DNA of 60,393 bases from a virus. Taxonomy: Duplodnaviria > Caudoviricetes. The notes under the pieces were generated by a model. The model had not been told where the DNA came from. It saw only the letters and a program-made list of their open reading frames with translations, and made no database searches. Shown here in pieces: positions 9,514-18,564 of the stretch (its first letter is position 1; each line of letters starts with the position of its first letter). The DNA lies in the IMG/VR virus record IMGVR_UViG_3300046028_007120, positions 1-60,393 of that record. One strand, 5' to 3'. Made by a program: the position numbers and the translations under genes.

Positions 9514-9940
9514 GCAATTTTTCGAAGAAAAACAAGTACTAGGATTAATAGAGTTTTTTGATTTAGACGGTGTTGGCAAGGTACCAGCTAAATTAGACTC
9601 TGGTAACGGCTCTTTTAATGTCCTTCATGGAGAAGAAATACAAATACAGGGTGATAAAGTATTTTTCCGTACTGTAAATAATAAGACCTTACTAAAACCG
9701 CTTAAAACAACTGTTACTATCAATGTTGGAGCAGGCAATGTTGAAGAAAGACCTGTTGTAGAGTTTGATGTTGTTATAGGGGGTAAACTCTTTAAGAAAA
9801 CACCTTTCTCAATAGGTAATCGCCTTACTAATATATACAAAATACTAGTAGGTAAGGATTTTATTGAGAACAATCTTGACGCTCTTATCGATGTTGGTCA
9901 AGAGAACATTGCTGATGAGGATATCAGCGTTGAGATCTAA
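9494..9940 (+). CDS. Retropepsin-like aspartic protease (RimK-associated / 'ATP-dependent Zn protease' family)
   Basis: AKLDSGN active site, EERPVV and ILVGKDF. Start adjusted to MKMNSFKQFFEE. Confidence 0.8.
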   Translation: MKMNSFKQFFEEKQVLGLIEFFDLDGVGKVPAKLDSGNGSFNVLHGEEIQIQGDKVFFRTVNNKTLLKPLKTTVTINVGAGNVEERPVVEFDVVIGGKLFKKTPFSIGNRLTNIYKILVGKDFIENNLDALIDVGQENIADEDISVEI

Positions 9941-10470
9941 GAGAACCACACAGGCTTCTCTCTAACCGACCAGATCGCAAAGTCTTTATCTTTGCGAATG
10001 TACTCTCTATACTGTTCAACTACAGATAGTTCGTTAAAGTCAACAGTCTTACGACATTCACTATCTGGACTGATAGCAACTGCAAATGGAGTAAGACCTT
10101 TATCAGGCATTATCGTATTATTAATATTATCCTTACACCACTTAATGAAGTTTAAAGTGAAATGCTCTGCAGAGTTAGGCCAGCGATACATTCGTTCCGT
10201 AAACATCTCGAGAGTATGATCTACTAGCCATTGAAAGTTACTTCTTGACTCGCGAACCCATATAGTACACTGGTGATTGAAGTAACCTTTACCACTTTTA
10301 CGAGGTTTACCGGTCTTAGTACGAGGTACAGACGGATGATTTAGTGTAGACTGATCGAACGCATGAGCTAACATAATAGCGCCTTCGATTTGCATTTTAG
10401 ACCTAACATGCTTATCACAGAGATCACGAGCAGCAATAATAGGGTCAGGGTCAGTAACAAAAATATTCAT
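9937..10470 (-). CDS. Pyrimidine-dimer DNA glycosylase family protein (DenV-like)
   Basis: MNIFVTDPDP...CDKHV, NHQCTIWVRES..NFQWL and YREY motifs. Confidence 0.8.
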   Translation of the reverse strand: MNIFVTDPDPIIAARDLCDKHVRSKMQIEGAIMLAHAFDQSTLNHPSVPRTKTGKPRKSGKGYFNHQCTIWVRESRSNFQWLVDHTLEMFTERMYRWPNSAEHFTLNFIKWCKDNINNTIMPDKGLTPFAVAISPDSECRKTVDFNELSVVEQYREYIRKDKDFAIWSVREKPVWFS

Positions 10471-10475
10471 ACCCT

Positions 10476-10494
10476 ATTGTATTGTTGTTCGTTA
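10476..10494 (-). promoter_or_regulatory. TAACGAAC-N5-TACAAT promoter motif (denV-like gene)
   Basis: ATG follows 5 nt after the -10. Confidence 0.65.
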
Positions 10495-11142
10495 TGCTGT
10501 AGCCATATCGATAAACTTATAGAATTCAGTACGAGTCTTATCGTCATTTAAGAAGTCTCCTGACAGCTTACTTGTTACCATATTACCTCCATGATGTTTA
10601 ACACCACGACCACACACGCAAAAGTGCTGAGCCTTTACTAATACTGCTACACCAAGGTTACCTTCACACGCTTCGTTAATAGCACCAAAGATTTGCATAG
10701 TAAGCCCTTCTTGAAGAGTAGGTCGACGAGCATAAAACTCAACAATACGGTTTAGCTTACTTAGACCTACTACTTTCCCGTCTTTACTAGGGATATATGC
10801 TACATGAGCTACACCAACAACAGGTTGAGCATGATGACTACACATCGAATGTACAGGAATATTACACTGAGCAACAATACCGTCATAACCATCGTTAGGA
10901 AATGCAGTAATATTCGGAGGAGAATCATAACATCCACGAGCAAGATCATTAACGAACGCTTTTGCTACTCGAGTAGGTGTATTAGCTGAATTAGGATCAT
11001 TCTTCCAATCAAAACCAAGAGCATCTAGATACAAACCATAAGCTACTGCAGCACGTTCAATAATTAGTAGTTTTTCCTTTTCTGTACAAGGATAGTTACT
11101 ATTTGCAAGAGGTAGGATGCTATTCGAATTCGTTTCAGTCAT
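10492..11142 (-). CDS. folE: GTP cyclohydrolase I
   Basis: TPTRVAK, SMCSHH, GLSKLNRIV, RRPTLQE, HFCVCGRGV. Confidence 0.95.
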   Translation of the reverse strand: MTETNSNSILPLANSNYPCTEKEKLLIIERAAVAYGLYLDALGFDWKNDPNSANTPTRVAKAFVNDLARGCYDSPPNITAFPNDGYDGIVAQCNIPVHSMCSHHAQPVVGVAHVAYIPSKDGKVVGLSKLNRIVEFYARRPTLQEGLTMQIFGAINEACEGNLGVAVLVKAQHFCVCGRGVKHHGGNMVTSKLSGDFLNDDKTRTEFYKFIDMATA

Positions 11143-11148
11143 ATAATT

Positions 11149-11176
11149 ATAGTATGATAGTTCATTAATTTATCAA
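11149..11176 (-). promoter_or_regulatory. TTGATA...TAATGAAC-N5-TACTAT promoter (folE)
   Basis: 16-nt spacer between -35 and -10. ATG 6 nt downstream. Confidence 0.6.
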
Positions 11177-11183
11177 TAAGTAT

Positions 11184-11191
11184 TATAAATA
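11184..11191 (+). promoter_or_regulatory. T4-type late promoter TATAAATA
   Basis: Perfect consensus 6 nt before ATG. Confidence 0.7.
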
Positions 11192-11197
11192 TTTAAA

Positions 11198-11737
11198 ATG
11201 AAAAAGTACACTCAGCGCGAGCTACATAATGAAGCTTTTAGAGATATGTTGAGAGGTATTAAGAATGTAGCGAAGGCAGGAATTAAGGGTGCAGCAAAAA
11301 ATGTTGCTAAATATATATCTCCAGAGTTGTATGGAATGGCTAAGGCTGCTAAGGAAATATACAGTGGGGGTAACCCAAATACAGTGCTTAAGGATTATCT
11401 TTTAAAGACTAGAGCTGTACCTATATTTTTAAAATCTCCAGCTGGAGGTGTTGCAGTTACTGAGCAGGAAATTATTGATGGTAGTGCTGAACCTACATTT
11501 AGAGATACCTTTACATATGATCCGACAGATACTACTAAACGTTTAGCAATTAAACCAAATTCAATAAAAGCTAGACTTGAGCTAGTAAAAATAGGAAAAC
11601 CACAAAACAAAAATGATGGTATTTTTGCAATACCTTTTGAAGCAAAATCTAAAGGTGTGGAAGGAAGTTATATTGCTTATATAGATAAAATTGATAAAGA
11701 TAGGCATCAGATAATAGGTATAATGGAAGCACCTTAA
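11198..11737 (+). CDS. Hypothetical late protein, possible internal head protein
   Basis: TATAAATA at 11184. Leader MKKYTQRELHNE. Confidence 0.6.
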   Translation: MKKYTQRELHNEAFRDMLRGIKNVAKAGIKGAAKNVAKYISPELYGMAKAAKEIYSGGNPNTVLKDYLLKTRAVPIFLKSPAGGVAVTEQEIIDGSAEPTFRDTFTYDPTDTTKRLAIKPNSIKARLELVKIGKPQNKNDGIFAIPFEAKSKGVEGSYIAYIDKIDKDRHQIIGIMEAP

Positions 11738-11815
11738 AAATTTTTAGTTGATTTATTTTTCTTTCGAATAAGTAAATACAGATATTAGAAAATAAGAATA
11801 ATATTTAAATAACAG

Positions 11816-11844
11816 TTGATAAGTTAATTGAGATAGATTACAAT
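11816..11844 (+). promoter_or_regulatory. Sigma70-like promoter TTGATA-N17-TACAAT (queD)
   Basis: Near-consensus hexamers. ATG 6 nt downstream. Confidence 0.6.
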
Positions 11845-11850
11845 TAACAG

Positions 11851-12501
11851 ATGAAGTCACAATATGAATCAACTAAGGTAATTGAATTAGGATCTTGCGC
11901 ATTTAGACAATGGAGAGCGACACACTCACACTGTCGCTTTATTCATGGATACCAATTAATTGCTAAATTTTGGTTTGGTGGTTCACAATTAGATGATAAA
12001 CAATGGTTAGTAGACTTCGGTGGTCTCAAAGAACTTAAAGCTCAGCTTAATTATTTGTTTGATCATACTACGTGTGTAGCTGGTGATGATCCTGAGCTCG
12101 AGACCTTTAGAGAACTCGAACGTAAAGGACTTATTCAATTAAGAGTGTTTGACCAAGGTGTAGGAATTGAACGTACTGCAAAAGTAGTATTTGATATTGC
12201 GCAACAATATATTGGTTCACTTACTAATGGTAGATGTTGGGTAGAGAAAGTAGAGGTCTTTGAGCATGAAGATAATTCAGCTACATATACAGCAAAGTCA
12301 AAAGCTGAATCTGTTGAAAAAATTGAGTCTCCTGCTGTTGTAGTAGAAACATCAACAGGTAATACATTCTTACCTGAACCGCCGGCAGACATTAATATTA
12401 GTGCAGCAACGCCCACTCAAACTCGTAGTACAGCCGCTCAAATTACAAATACTGTATCGAGCGGTAAGGGAGGTTGGTTTGAAGGAACAACGTGGGGTTA
12501 A
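11851..12501 (+). CDS. queD: 6-carboxy-5,6,7,8-tetrahydropterin synthase (QueD/PTPS) with C-terminal extension
   Basis: HSHCRFIHGY, VDFGGLK, FDHT and VEVFEH motifs. Confidence 0.88.
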   Translation: MKSQYESTKVIELGSCAFRQWRATHSHCRFIHGYQLIAKFWFGGSQLDDKQWLVDFGGLKELKAQLNYLFDHTTCVAGDDPELETFRELERKGLIQLRVFDQGVGIERTAKVVFDIAQQYIGSLTNGRCWVEKVEVFEHEDNSATYTAKSKAESVEKIESPAVVVETSTGNTFLPEPPADINISAATPTQTRSTAAQITNTVSSGKGGWFEGTTWG

Positions 12502-13250
12502 ATACGTGGTATCTTCTCTAATGCTTTAACAATAAAGCGTAGTATCTTACTTCTAACGATTTCAGTTTCACCGAATCTAAAGCAGTAAATATGATTAGCA
12601 GCGCTTTCATCAGTATCAAATGCGTTTATAAGCCTATTAATACAGGTTTTATTACCGATATCAGCTTGAAACGAGTCACCACATAAGATATATTTAGTAT
12701 TACGGCCGAACCTAGTAAGAATAGTAATAGCTTCAGCCATATCTAGGTTTTGAAACTCATCAACAATTACTACAGCATCATTAAACGTTAGACCTCTTAC
12801 AAAGTTTACAGGTATTGCTTGTAAAACGTTGTTTGAATTAAGGAGATTAAAGGTGCCTTCATCTGTAATCTCCTTTACCTTTTCAAGTAATGGTGCTGCA
12901 TAAGGTGAAAATTTATCATCAACCTCTCCAGGTAATGCTCCAATAGATCTAGAAGCAGACTCAACTACAGATCTAATATAGATTATAGATTTAATCTTCT
13001 GTTCTTTAAAAAGTTCTAAGGCAGCTAAAACAGATATGTAACTCTTACCAGTACCTGCTGGTCCATCCACGAACACCATATTAGTTTCATCTTGTCTTAT
13101 ACAATCATAAAAATTCTTATGAAGCTCATTAAAATGAAATGGTTTCTTAATTTTAAAATTTAAGAACCAGTTCTGCTGTAAAGATGTACGTATCTCATTT
13201 ACATCTTCCAACCCGTCACTTTTACGCTTACGCGCTATTTTACGAGACAT
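12498..13250 (-). CDS. phoH: PhoH-family ATPase
   Basis: GPAGTGKS, RGLTF, DEFQN, TRFG, GDSFQAD, IVRS. Confidence 0.93.
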   Translation of the reverse strand: MSRKIARKRKSDGLEDVNEIRTSLQQNWFLNFKIKKPFHFNELHKNFYDCIRQDETNMVFVDGPAGTGKSYISVLAALELFKEQKIKSIIYIRSVVESASRSIGALPGEVDDKFSPYAAPLLEKVKEITDEGTFNLLNSNNVLQAIPVNFVRGLTFNDAVVIVDEFQNLDMAEAITILTRFGRNTKYILCGDSFQADIGNKTCINRLINAFDTDESAANHIYCFRFGETEIVRSKILRFIVKALEKIPRI

Positions 13251-13259
13251 ATGTAACAT

Positions 13260-13267
13260 TATTTATA
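13260..13267 (-). promoter_or_regulatory. T4-type late promoter TATAAATA (phoH)
   Basis: Perfect consensus upstream of phoH. Confidence 0.6.
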
Positions 13268-13313
13268 CTCATATAGGTATATATTATATACAAAAATAAT
13301 TTTTATTTACATA

Positions 13314-13341
13314 TTGAAATGTAAATGAACTACATTACAAT
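13314..13341 (+). promoter_or_regulatory. TTGAAA...AAATGAAC-N5-TACAAT promoter (queE)
   Basis: 16-nt spacer containing the GAAC box. Confidence 0.6.
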
Positions 13342-13351
13342 TAGTTAAAGT

Positions 13352-14110
13352 ATGAATATTGACTGCGATAAAGAAACCTTATTTTTAAGTTCTGATTTAG
13401 TGTTTTACACTATTGAAGGGGAAGGTCGACATATTGGTAAGCCTTCTGTCTTCATGAGAATGTCTATGTGTAATCTTACTTGCAAAAGTTTTGCTAGTGC
13501 AGATTCACCTAATGGATGTGACTCGTATGTCTCCTGGACAGTTAAAAATAAAATGAACTTTAATGAAATTTTTGATTATATGGAGAGTAGGGGGTTTGTT
13601 GATAAACTTCAAGCTGGAGCGATTTGGAAGCTAACAGGTGGTGAACCTCTTATTCAACAGAATCAATTACTTAAGATTTGTCAAGCGTTTAAAGAAAAAT
13701 ATGGTTTCTTACCTCATATTGACTTTGAAACTAATGCTACGATAATGCCAAATCCTGGATGGAGAAATTTTAAGGTTACATATACAACTTCACCTAAACT
13801 AACCTCGAATGGTGATCCAGAAGATAAGACATATAAACCTGATGTATTAAGATGGCATGTAAGAAACGGTTCAGATTTTAAATTTGTAATAAGTAAGTCA
13901 GAAGATATAGATGAAATTTATAGAAAATACATTAACCCTGATGGTGATATTTGCGTACCTACTACTAACGTCTGGTTTATGCCTTGTTGTGGTTCTAGAA
14001 AAGAGCATATTGAAGCTGCGCCCGTGGTAGTAGAGTATGCCAAAGCTATGTGCGTTAACTTTAGCCCTAGATTACACTTATTAGTTTGGGATCGTGCCCT
14101 AAGTGTTTAA
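13352..14110 (+). CDS. queE: 7-carboxy-7-deazaguanine synthase (radical SAM)
   Basis: FYTIEGEG, CNLTC...CDS, LTGGEP, ETN, SPKL, PRLH. Confidence 0.92.
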   Translation: MNIDCDKETLFLSSDLVFYTIEGEGRHIGKPSVFMRMSMCNLTCKSFASADSPNGCDSYVSWTVKNKMNFNEIFDYMESRGFVDKLQAGAIWKLTGGEPLIQQNQLLKICQAFKEKYGFLPHIDFETNATIMPNPGWRNFKVTYTTSPKLTSNGDPEDKTYKPDVLRWHVRNGSDFKFVISKSEDIDEIYRKYINPDGDICVPTTNVWFMPCCGSRKEHIEAAPVVVEYAKAMCVNFSPRLHLLVWDRALSV

Positions 14111-14121
14111 TACATTAAATT

Positions 14122-14490
14122 ATGAAACTATCAATACTATTTAACCTACTCAATCGATTAAAGATTGATCATTGGCAAACTGAAAGTCATGCAGAACATA
14201 AAGCTTTAGGTGAAGCCTACGAAGAGCTTGATCCTTTAGTAGATAGACTTGTTGAACTTTACTATGGTAGAAACCATTTGTGGCGCCAAGTTACATTACC
14301 AACTGTATATGTTTTAAAGTTACCAGCTTATAATAAGTCAGTAATTGATATATACACAGACATGAGAAACGATTTAATAGAGTATCTTAACACTATCACT
14401 ACTGATTCAGATAGCGGGTCTCTTAAAAATATTCAAGACGAAATCGAAGGTGCTCTGGATCAACTACTTTACAAACTAAGACAATCATGA
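14122..14490 (+). CDS. Ferritin/Dps-like phage protein (DUF5856-like)
   Basis: HWQT.SHAEHKALG..Y...D.LVE motif and C-terminal LYKL. Confidence 0.75.
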   Translation: MKLSILFNLLNRLKIDHWQTESHAEHKALGEAYEELDPLVDRLVELYYGRNHLWRQVTLPTVYVLKLPAYNKSVIDIYTDMRNDLIEYLNTITTDSDSGSLKNIQDEIEGALDQLLYKLRQS

Positions 14491-14918
14491 AAAAAATTAC
14501 TGCTGCAGAGCTTAAGCGACAAGACATTTTAAAAGACGTATACAAAAAGACTTTTCCTGATGAGGTCTATAATATGCCTACCTTTAAATGGTTAAAGGAA
14601 GAATATATTCCTTTTTATGTAGGTGTACTTAAAGAGTTAGGTTTATATGAGTGGACTGAAAAGTTCGATTGTGATGACTTTTCGTGTTTATTTAGAACAC
14701 TAGCTCATATCTCTCATCGTAAAAGCAAAGGTACTAGCGAAGGTATCACTGTTGCAGAGATACACTACACAGCTGCTGGTACTAATGGTGTATACGGCGA
14801 TCATGCTATTAATATGGCATATACCGATGAAGGATGGGTCTTTATTGAACCTCAAAATGGATCAGTTAAAACACTAACCGAATCAGAACAAAAATCAATT
14901 TTTTATGTACGCATGTAA
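14487..14918 (+). CDS. Putative cysteine-protease/transglutaminase-like domain (MOA agglutinin C-terminal-like)
   Basis: FDCDDF (Cys), HAIN (His) and IEPQ (Glu) triad pattern. Confidence 0.65.
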   Translation: MKKITAAELKRQDILKDVYKKTFPDEVYNMPTFKWLKEEYIPFYVGVLKELGLYEWTEKFDCDDFSCLFRTLAHISHRKSKGTSEGITVAEIHYTAAGTNGVYGDHAINMAYTDEGWVFIEPQNGSVKTLTESEQKSIFYVRM

Positions 14919-15066
14919 CCTCACTCTAGCACTCGCTATTCTTTTAGTTAGTTGTAACACACCAACGCAGAATAATAACAAAGTACCTAATAACGGAAAA
15001 CCAATTCCTGCTTATAAGACAGATATAATTAAAACAGAATTTCCTGAAGTGGAATATGTTGAATAG
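14905..15066 (+). CDS. Small predicted lipoprotein (53 aa)
   Basis: Not in the ORF track. MYACNLTLALAILLVSCNTPTQNN... has a hydrophobic signal and LVSC lipobox. It fills the gap and overlaps the upstream stop. Confidence 0.6.
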   Translation: MYACNLTLALAILLVSCNTPTQNNNKVPNNGKPIPAYKTDIIKTEFPEVEYVE

Positions 15067-15102
15067 TTGTTGATTTATCAATAATATATATTAAGTTTAA
15101 CT

Positions 15103-15831
15103 ATGAGAATCGCGATATCTGGTTGCCAAAATTCAGGTAAAACTACCCTGATTACTAACATACTTCAAGTATGGCCACAGTATGTAACTCCGGAAAAAAC
15201 ATATCGTGATTTAATTAAAGACAAACAACTACCACACTCATCGCTTGCTTCAAAAGATACGCAGCTAGATATACTCGGCTTCATGATAGAGCAGATGGGT
15301 GATTATAAGAAAGATAGTAAAGTAGTTTACGATCGATGCCCTATTGATAATCTCGTATACACCTTATGGTGTCATGATAAAGGCATCGATGGCTTTGATA
15401 AAACCTTTGTTGATCAAACAATATCATTGGTAAAGGAATCAATGAGATCATTAGACATTATCTTCTTATTAAGATATGAAGAGTCTATTAAGATTGAAGA
15501 TGATGGTTTAAGAGATACTAATCTGCAGTATATTAAGGAGATCGATAATATATTTGATGTACTTTATCAACAGTACTATCATAATTTAGAGTCGGATATA
15601 TTCTTCCCGAAAGACGACTCACCTTGTATTATACCTTTACCTGTAAGCGGACAGCGTCGTATTGATATTATATCTGAATACTTAGATCCAACTGGTAACT
15701 TGTATGGTGATGAAGAATCTATCTTTAACCCTAATAAATTAACTGAGTTAGAAGCTTTAGTTCAGCAGCAAAAGAACGCTCTTGAGATGGAACAGAAAGA
15801 GCGTGCTATGTATGAGAAATTTAAAATTTAG
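15103..15831 (+). CDS. P-loop nucleotide monophosphate kinase-like protein (AAA_28/dNMP kinase type)
   Basis: MRIAISGCQNSGKTT, YDRCPID, DDGLR. Confidence 0.75.
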   Translation: MRIAISGCQNSGKTTLITNILQVWPQYVTPEKTYRDLIKDKQLPHSSLASKDTQLDILGFMIEQMGDYKKDSKVVYDRCPIDNLVYTLWCHDKGIDGFDKTFVDQTISLVKESMRSLDIIFLLRYEESIKIEDDGLRDTNLQYIKEIDNIFDVLYQQYYHNLESDIFFPKDDSPCIIPLPVSGQRRIDIISEYLDPTGNLYGDEESIFNPNKLTELEALVQQQKNALEMEQKERAMYEKFKI

Positions 15832-16392
15832 TTAGATTACTCTAAATTGACCACTTACGAGGTAGTTGTTAGTGCCAATCCAGAAAACCTCATTAGTACT
15901 GTAAGAGGATAACGTAACACCAGCTGTTGATCCGTTGATATTAACACCGGTTCCAGGCACAATATCAACGGATCCAGAACCTGCTCTTAATATTTTAGTG
16001 TAAAAGTTAGTTGGTAGATTAGCAGGTATAGTGTATATAACTTTATTATCGACTAGATTTGAACCTATCAAAGATGTTGTATTAGTAGATACAAAAACTT
16101 GATTATTGTTTGTTGAATCTAAGGTCTTGTTAACCGTGTTTGATATAAAGACTGGTAATAATTTATTCTGTAAATCTACTAGATCAGTACTAAGTGTCTG
16201 AGTATCGGTCTGTAAATTAACAATAGTTGACTCAAACGTTGTATTCTGTAGAGTTATAAAAAAGTCCTGATAATCAATAATATTAGTACCGTCTGGTGTC
16301 TCAACGATCAAGAAGTCACCGTTATTGATATCATTGATAGATGGAAGTTCTTTAATGTTGACATAAAGACTATTTGTTGTGGTACTAGCCAT
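15832..16392 (-). CDS. Virion structural / short fibre-like protein
   Basis: N-terminal IKELP...GDFLIV, a short coiled segment, and a C-terminal domain resembling that of 45083..46003. Late motif upstream. Confidence 0.6.
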   Translation of the reverse strand: MASTTTNSLYVNIKELPSINDINNGDFLIVETPDGTNIIDYQDFFITLQNTTFESTIVNLQTDTQTLSTDLVDLQNKLLPVFISNTVNKTLDSTNNNQVFVSTNTTSLIGSNLVDNKVIYTIPANLPTNFYTKILRAGSGSVDIVPGTGVNINGSTAGVTLSSYSTNEVFWIGTNNYLVSGQFRVI

Positions 16393-16414
16393 ATATTTTA
16401 TTTATTTATGTAGA

Positions 16415-16442
16415 TTGATTTATACGATTTATACATTAATTT
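16415..16442 (+). promoter_or_regulatory. TTGATT-N16-TAATTT promoter heading the glycan cluster
   Basis: Same geometry as other early-type promoters. ATG 5 nt downstream. Confidence 0.5.
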
Positions 16443-16447
16443 AAAGT

Positions 16448-17293
16448 ATGAGGATAGGCGTGGGAATTATTACATGTAATAGAAAAGACTACTTAACTAA
16501 CTTACTTGAGTCTATAAAAGATTGCGATTGTGTTAACGAGCTTGTTATTGTTAACGACGGTAAGCATCTCGAGTCTTTAGAATTCGAAAATCCTTATAGT
16601 TACTTGCTTAATGAAACCAACGTTGGAGTAGCAAAGTCGAAAAATAAAGCTATGAAACACCTTTTAGATAAAGGGTGCGATTACATCTTTATAATAGAAG
16701 ATGATATGATTATATTAGATAAGTCTATTTTTAATAGATATATAGAGGCTCACAAAGCTAGCGGTATTCATCATTTTAACTACGGGCCTGGTTCACCCTT
16801 TAATCGTAAACAAACAATACAAAATTTTGACCTACATAATAGGCACTTATTAGATCAGTATACAGAACCGAATCCAAAATTGGTTGTCGATTATGGTAAA
16901 GCTAAAGTTTCACTATTTGAGCATACCGTAGCGATGTTTTCTTTTTTTACAAAGGAGGTATTAGAAAAGGTAGGATTAATTGATGAAAATTACTACAATG
17001 CTTGGGAGCATGTAGACCATACTTACTGTATTATTAAAGCAGGTTATCATCCCCCATTTTGGTGGTTTGCTGACCTGTACGACAGTCACAAATACATAAC
17101 AGAAGCTCCTAACGCAATTAATAATTCATCTATCGCTAATAACAAGGAACAATGGGAGAAGAATGTATATTCTGGAAGAGAGATATATAAAAAGAAACAC
17201 GGACACTACCCTAACCAGCCACCCTTTGTTACTAAAGAAAGTGTAATACAAACGCTACGTCAAATTAAACATAAACAAGATGCAAGAATTTAA
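16448..17293 (+). CDS. Glycosyltransferase family 2
   Basis: GIITCNR, VNDG, GVAKSKN, IEDD, WEHVD. Confidence 0.88.
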   Translation: MRIGVGIITCNRKDYLTNLLESIKDCDCVNELVIVNDGKHLESLEFENPYSYLLNETNVGVAKSKNKAMKHLLDKGCDYIFIIEDDMIILDKSIFNRYIEAHKASGIHHFNYGPGSPFNRKQTIQNFDLHNRHLLDQYTEPNPKLVVDYGKAKVSLFEHTVAMFSFFTKEVLEKVGLIDENYYNAWEHVDHTYCIIKAGYHPPFWWFADLYDSHKYITEAPNAINNSSIANNKEQWEKNVYSGREIYKKKHGHYPNQPPFVTKESVIQTLRQIKHKQDARI

Positions 17294-17783
17294 AATAGAA
17301 TCCGAAGACCCAATTGTTCACTGGCCAGATATAAACGTACAAAATAAAAACGTCTTAGATCTCGGTTGCGGCCGCTGGGATGAAACAGATCAAGCAAAGA
17401 TGACACCTATCTACCTTTTAGCACAAGGAGCTAAAAGTTTAATAGGCATTGATTCATCTGTAGATGAAATTAAGTATTTTCGTTCACTTAATTTACCTAA
17501 TGCTAATTTCTTTGCTGAAAATATTAAAGATAGTTCATTTGTTAAACTTATAATAAAACAAAACAATATAAATGCTATTAAAAGTGATATAGAAGGACGA
17601 GAACTTCTATTTTTAGATTTTACACGTGATGACGTATCTAATATTACATCTTTATATATAGAATATCATGGTCATTATGTAAAAGATTTATTAATTCCAA
17701 AAATTAAAGACCTCGGTTTTACTATTACAAAAATTGGCCATTTATGGATTGATGGGTTTGGTGTCCTTTTTTGCGAAAAATAA
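17280..17783 (+). CDS. SAM-dependent methyltransferase (FkbM-like)
   Basis: VLDLGCG, IKSDIEGRE, IEYH. Confidence 0.72.
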   Translation: MQEFKIESEDPIVHWPDINVQNKNVLDLGCGRWDETDQAKMTPIYLLAQGAKSLIGIDSSVDEIKYFRSLNLPNANFFAENIKDSSFVKLIIKQNNINAIKSDIEGRELLFLDFTRDDVSNITSLYIEYHGHYVKDLLIPKIKDLGFTITKIGHLWIDGFGVLFCEK

Positions 17784-17784
17784 T

Positions 17785-18564
17785 ATGAAAAATATACACT
17801 TAAATGTTTCATTTCACGAAGGCGGATTTTTCTCTAACTTTAATAAAGTTGTTACATTTTTAGCTCTAACTACAGATAACGTTGTAAAAATAACCTGGAA
17901 TTTGCAAGGACAACCTTATGGTGCATTTGCGTATAATTGTGGAGAGGTTTTTGGTAAATTATTTCAGGAGTATAATACTGGAGAAGATGTACACGAAACT
18001 TTTGAATTACAATCATATACAGATACTTCTTATACTGGTAAGAAAGCTTTCAATAAATATAAACAAAATAAGTGGAGAGAACAGTTTAATAAGACATTAA
18101 AATATTTTAAACCAACTGATTTACTGAGACCATATTTAGATTCGATAGAACACAAGTATATCTTTACATCAGATAAAATTCATTTAGTAGGAATATTAAA
18201 AAGAAACAATAGACTAAAGTGTGAACAGCCAGACAATGTCTTACCTGAACTTTCTAATTATTTTGCAAAAATAGATGAACTTAAAAAAGAAAATACATAC
18301 TTGTATCTAGCTGTAGATAATCTGTATGATATTAATTCATTTATTGAACGATATAACAAGTGTATTTATAATTCTAAATCTAGAAGAACTAATTTTTGTA
18401 CAGATGAAGAACCTCACTTTACACCTGGTTCAATAGACGATGCTATAGCCACGTACTTAGAAGTATTTACTCTTTCGAAATGTAAAGAATTTATACATCC
18501 TGTGTCAAATATGGCAACAGCAGTAATGTACTTCAATCCTAATATTAAATCAAATTATATATGA
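17785..18564 (+). CDS. Fucosyltransferase-like glycosyltransferase (NodZ/O-FucT-like)
   Basis: GGFFSNF, YLAVD and LSKC..FIH..SN motifs. Start adjusted. Confidence 0.6.
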   Translation: MKNIHLNVSFHEGGFFSNFNKVVTFLALTTDNVVKITWNLQGQPYGAFAYNCGEVFGKLFQEYNTGEDVHETFELQSYTDTSYTGKKAFNKYKQNKWREQFNKTLKYFKPTDLLRPYLDSIEHKYIFTSDKIHLVGILKRNNRLKCEQPDNVLPELSNYFAKIDELKKENTYLYLAVDNLYDINSFIERYNKCIYNSKSRRTNFCTDEEPHFTPGSIDDAIATYLEVFTLSKCKEFIHPVSNMATAVMYFNPNIKSNYI

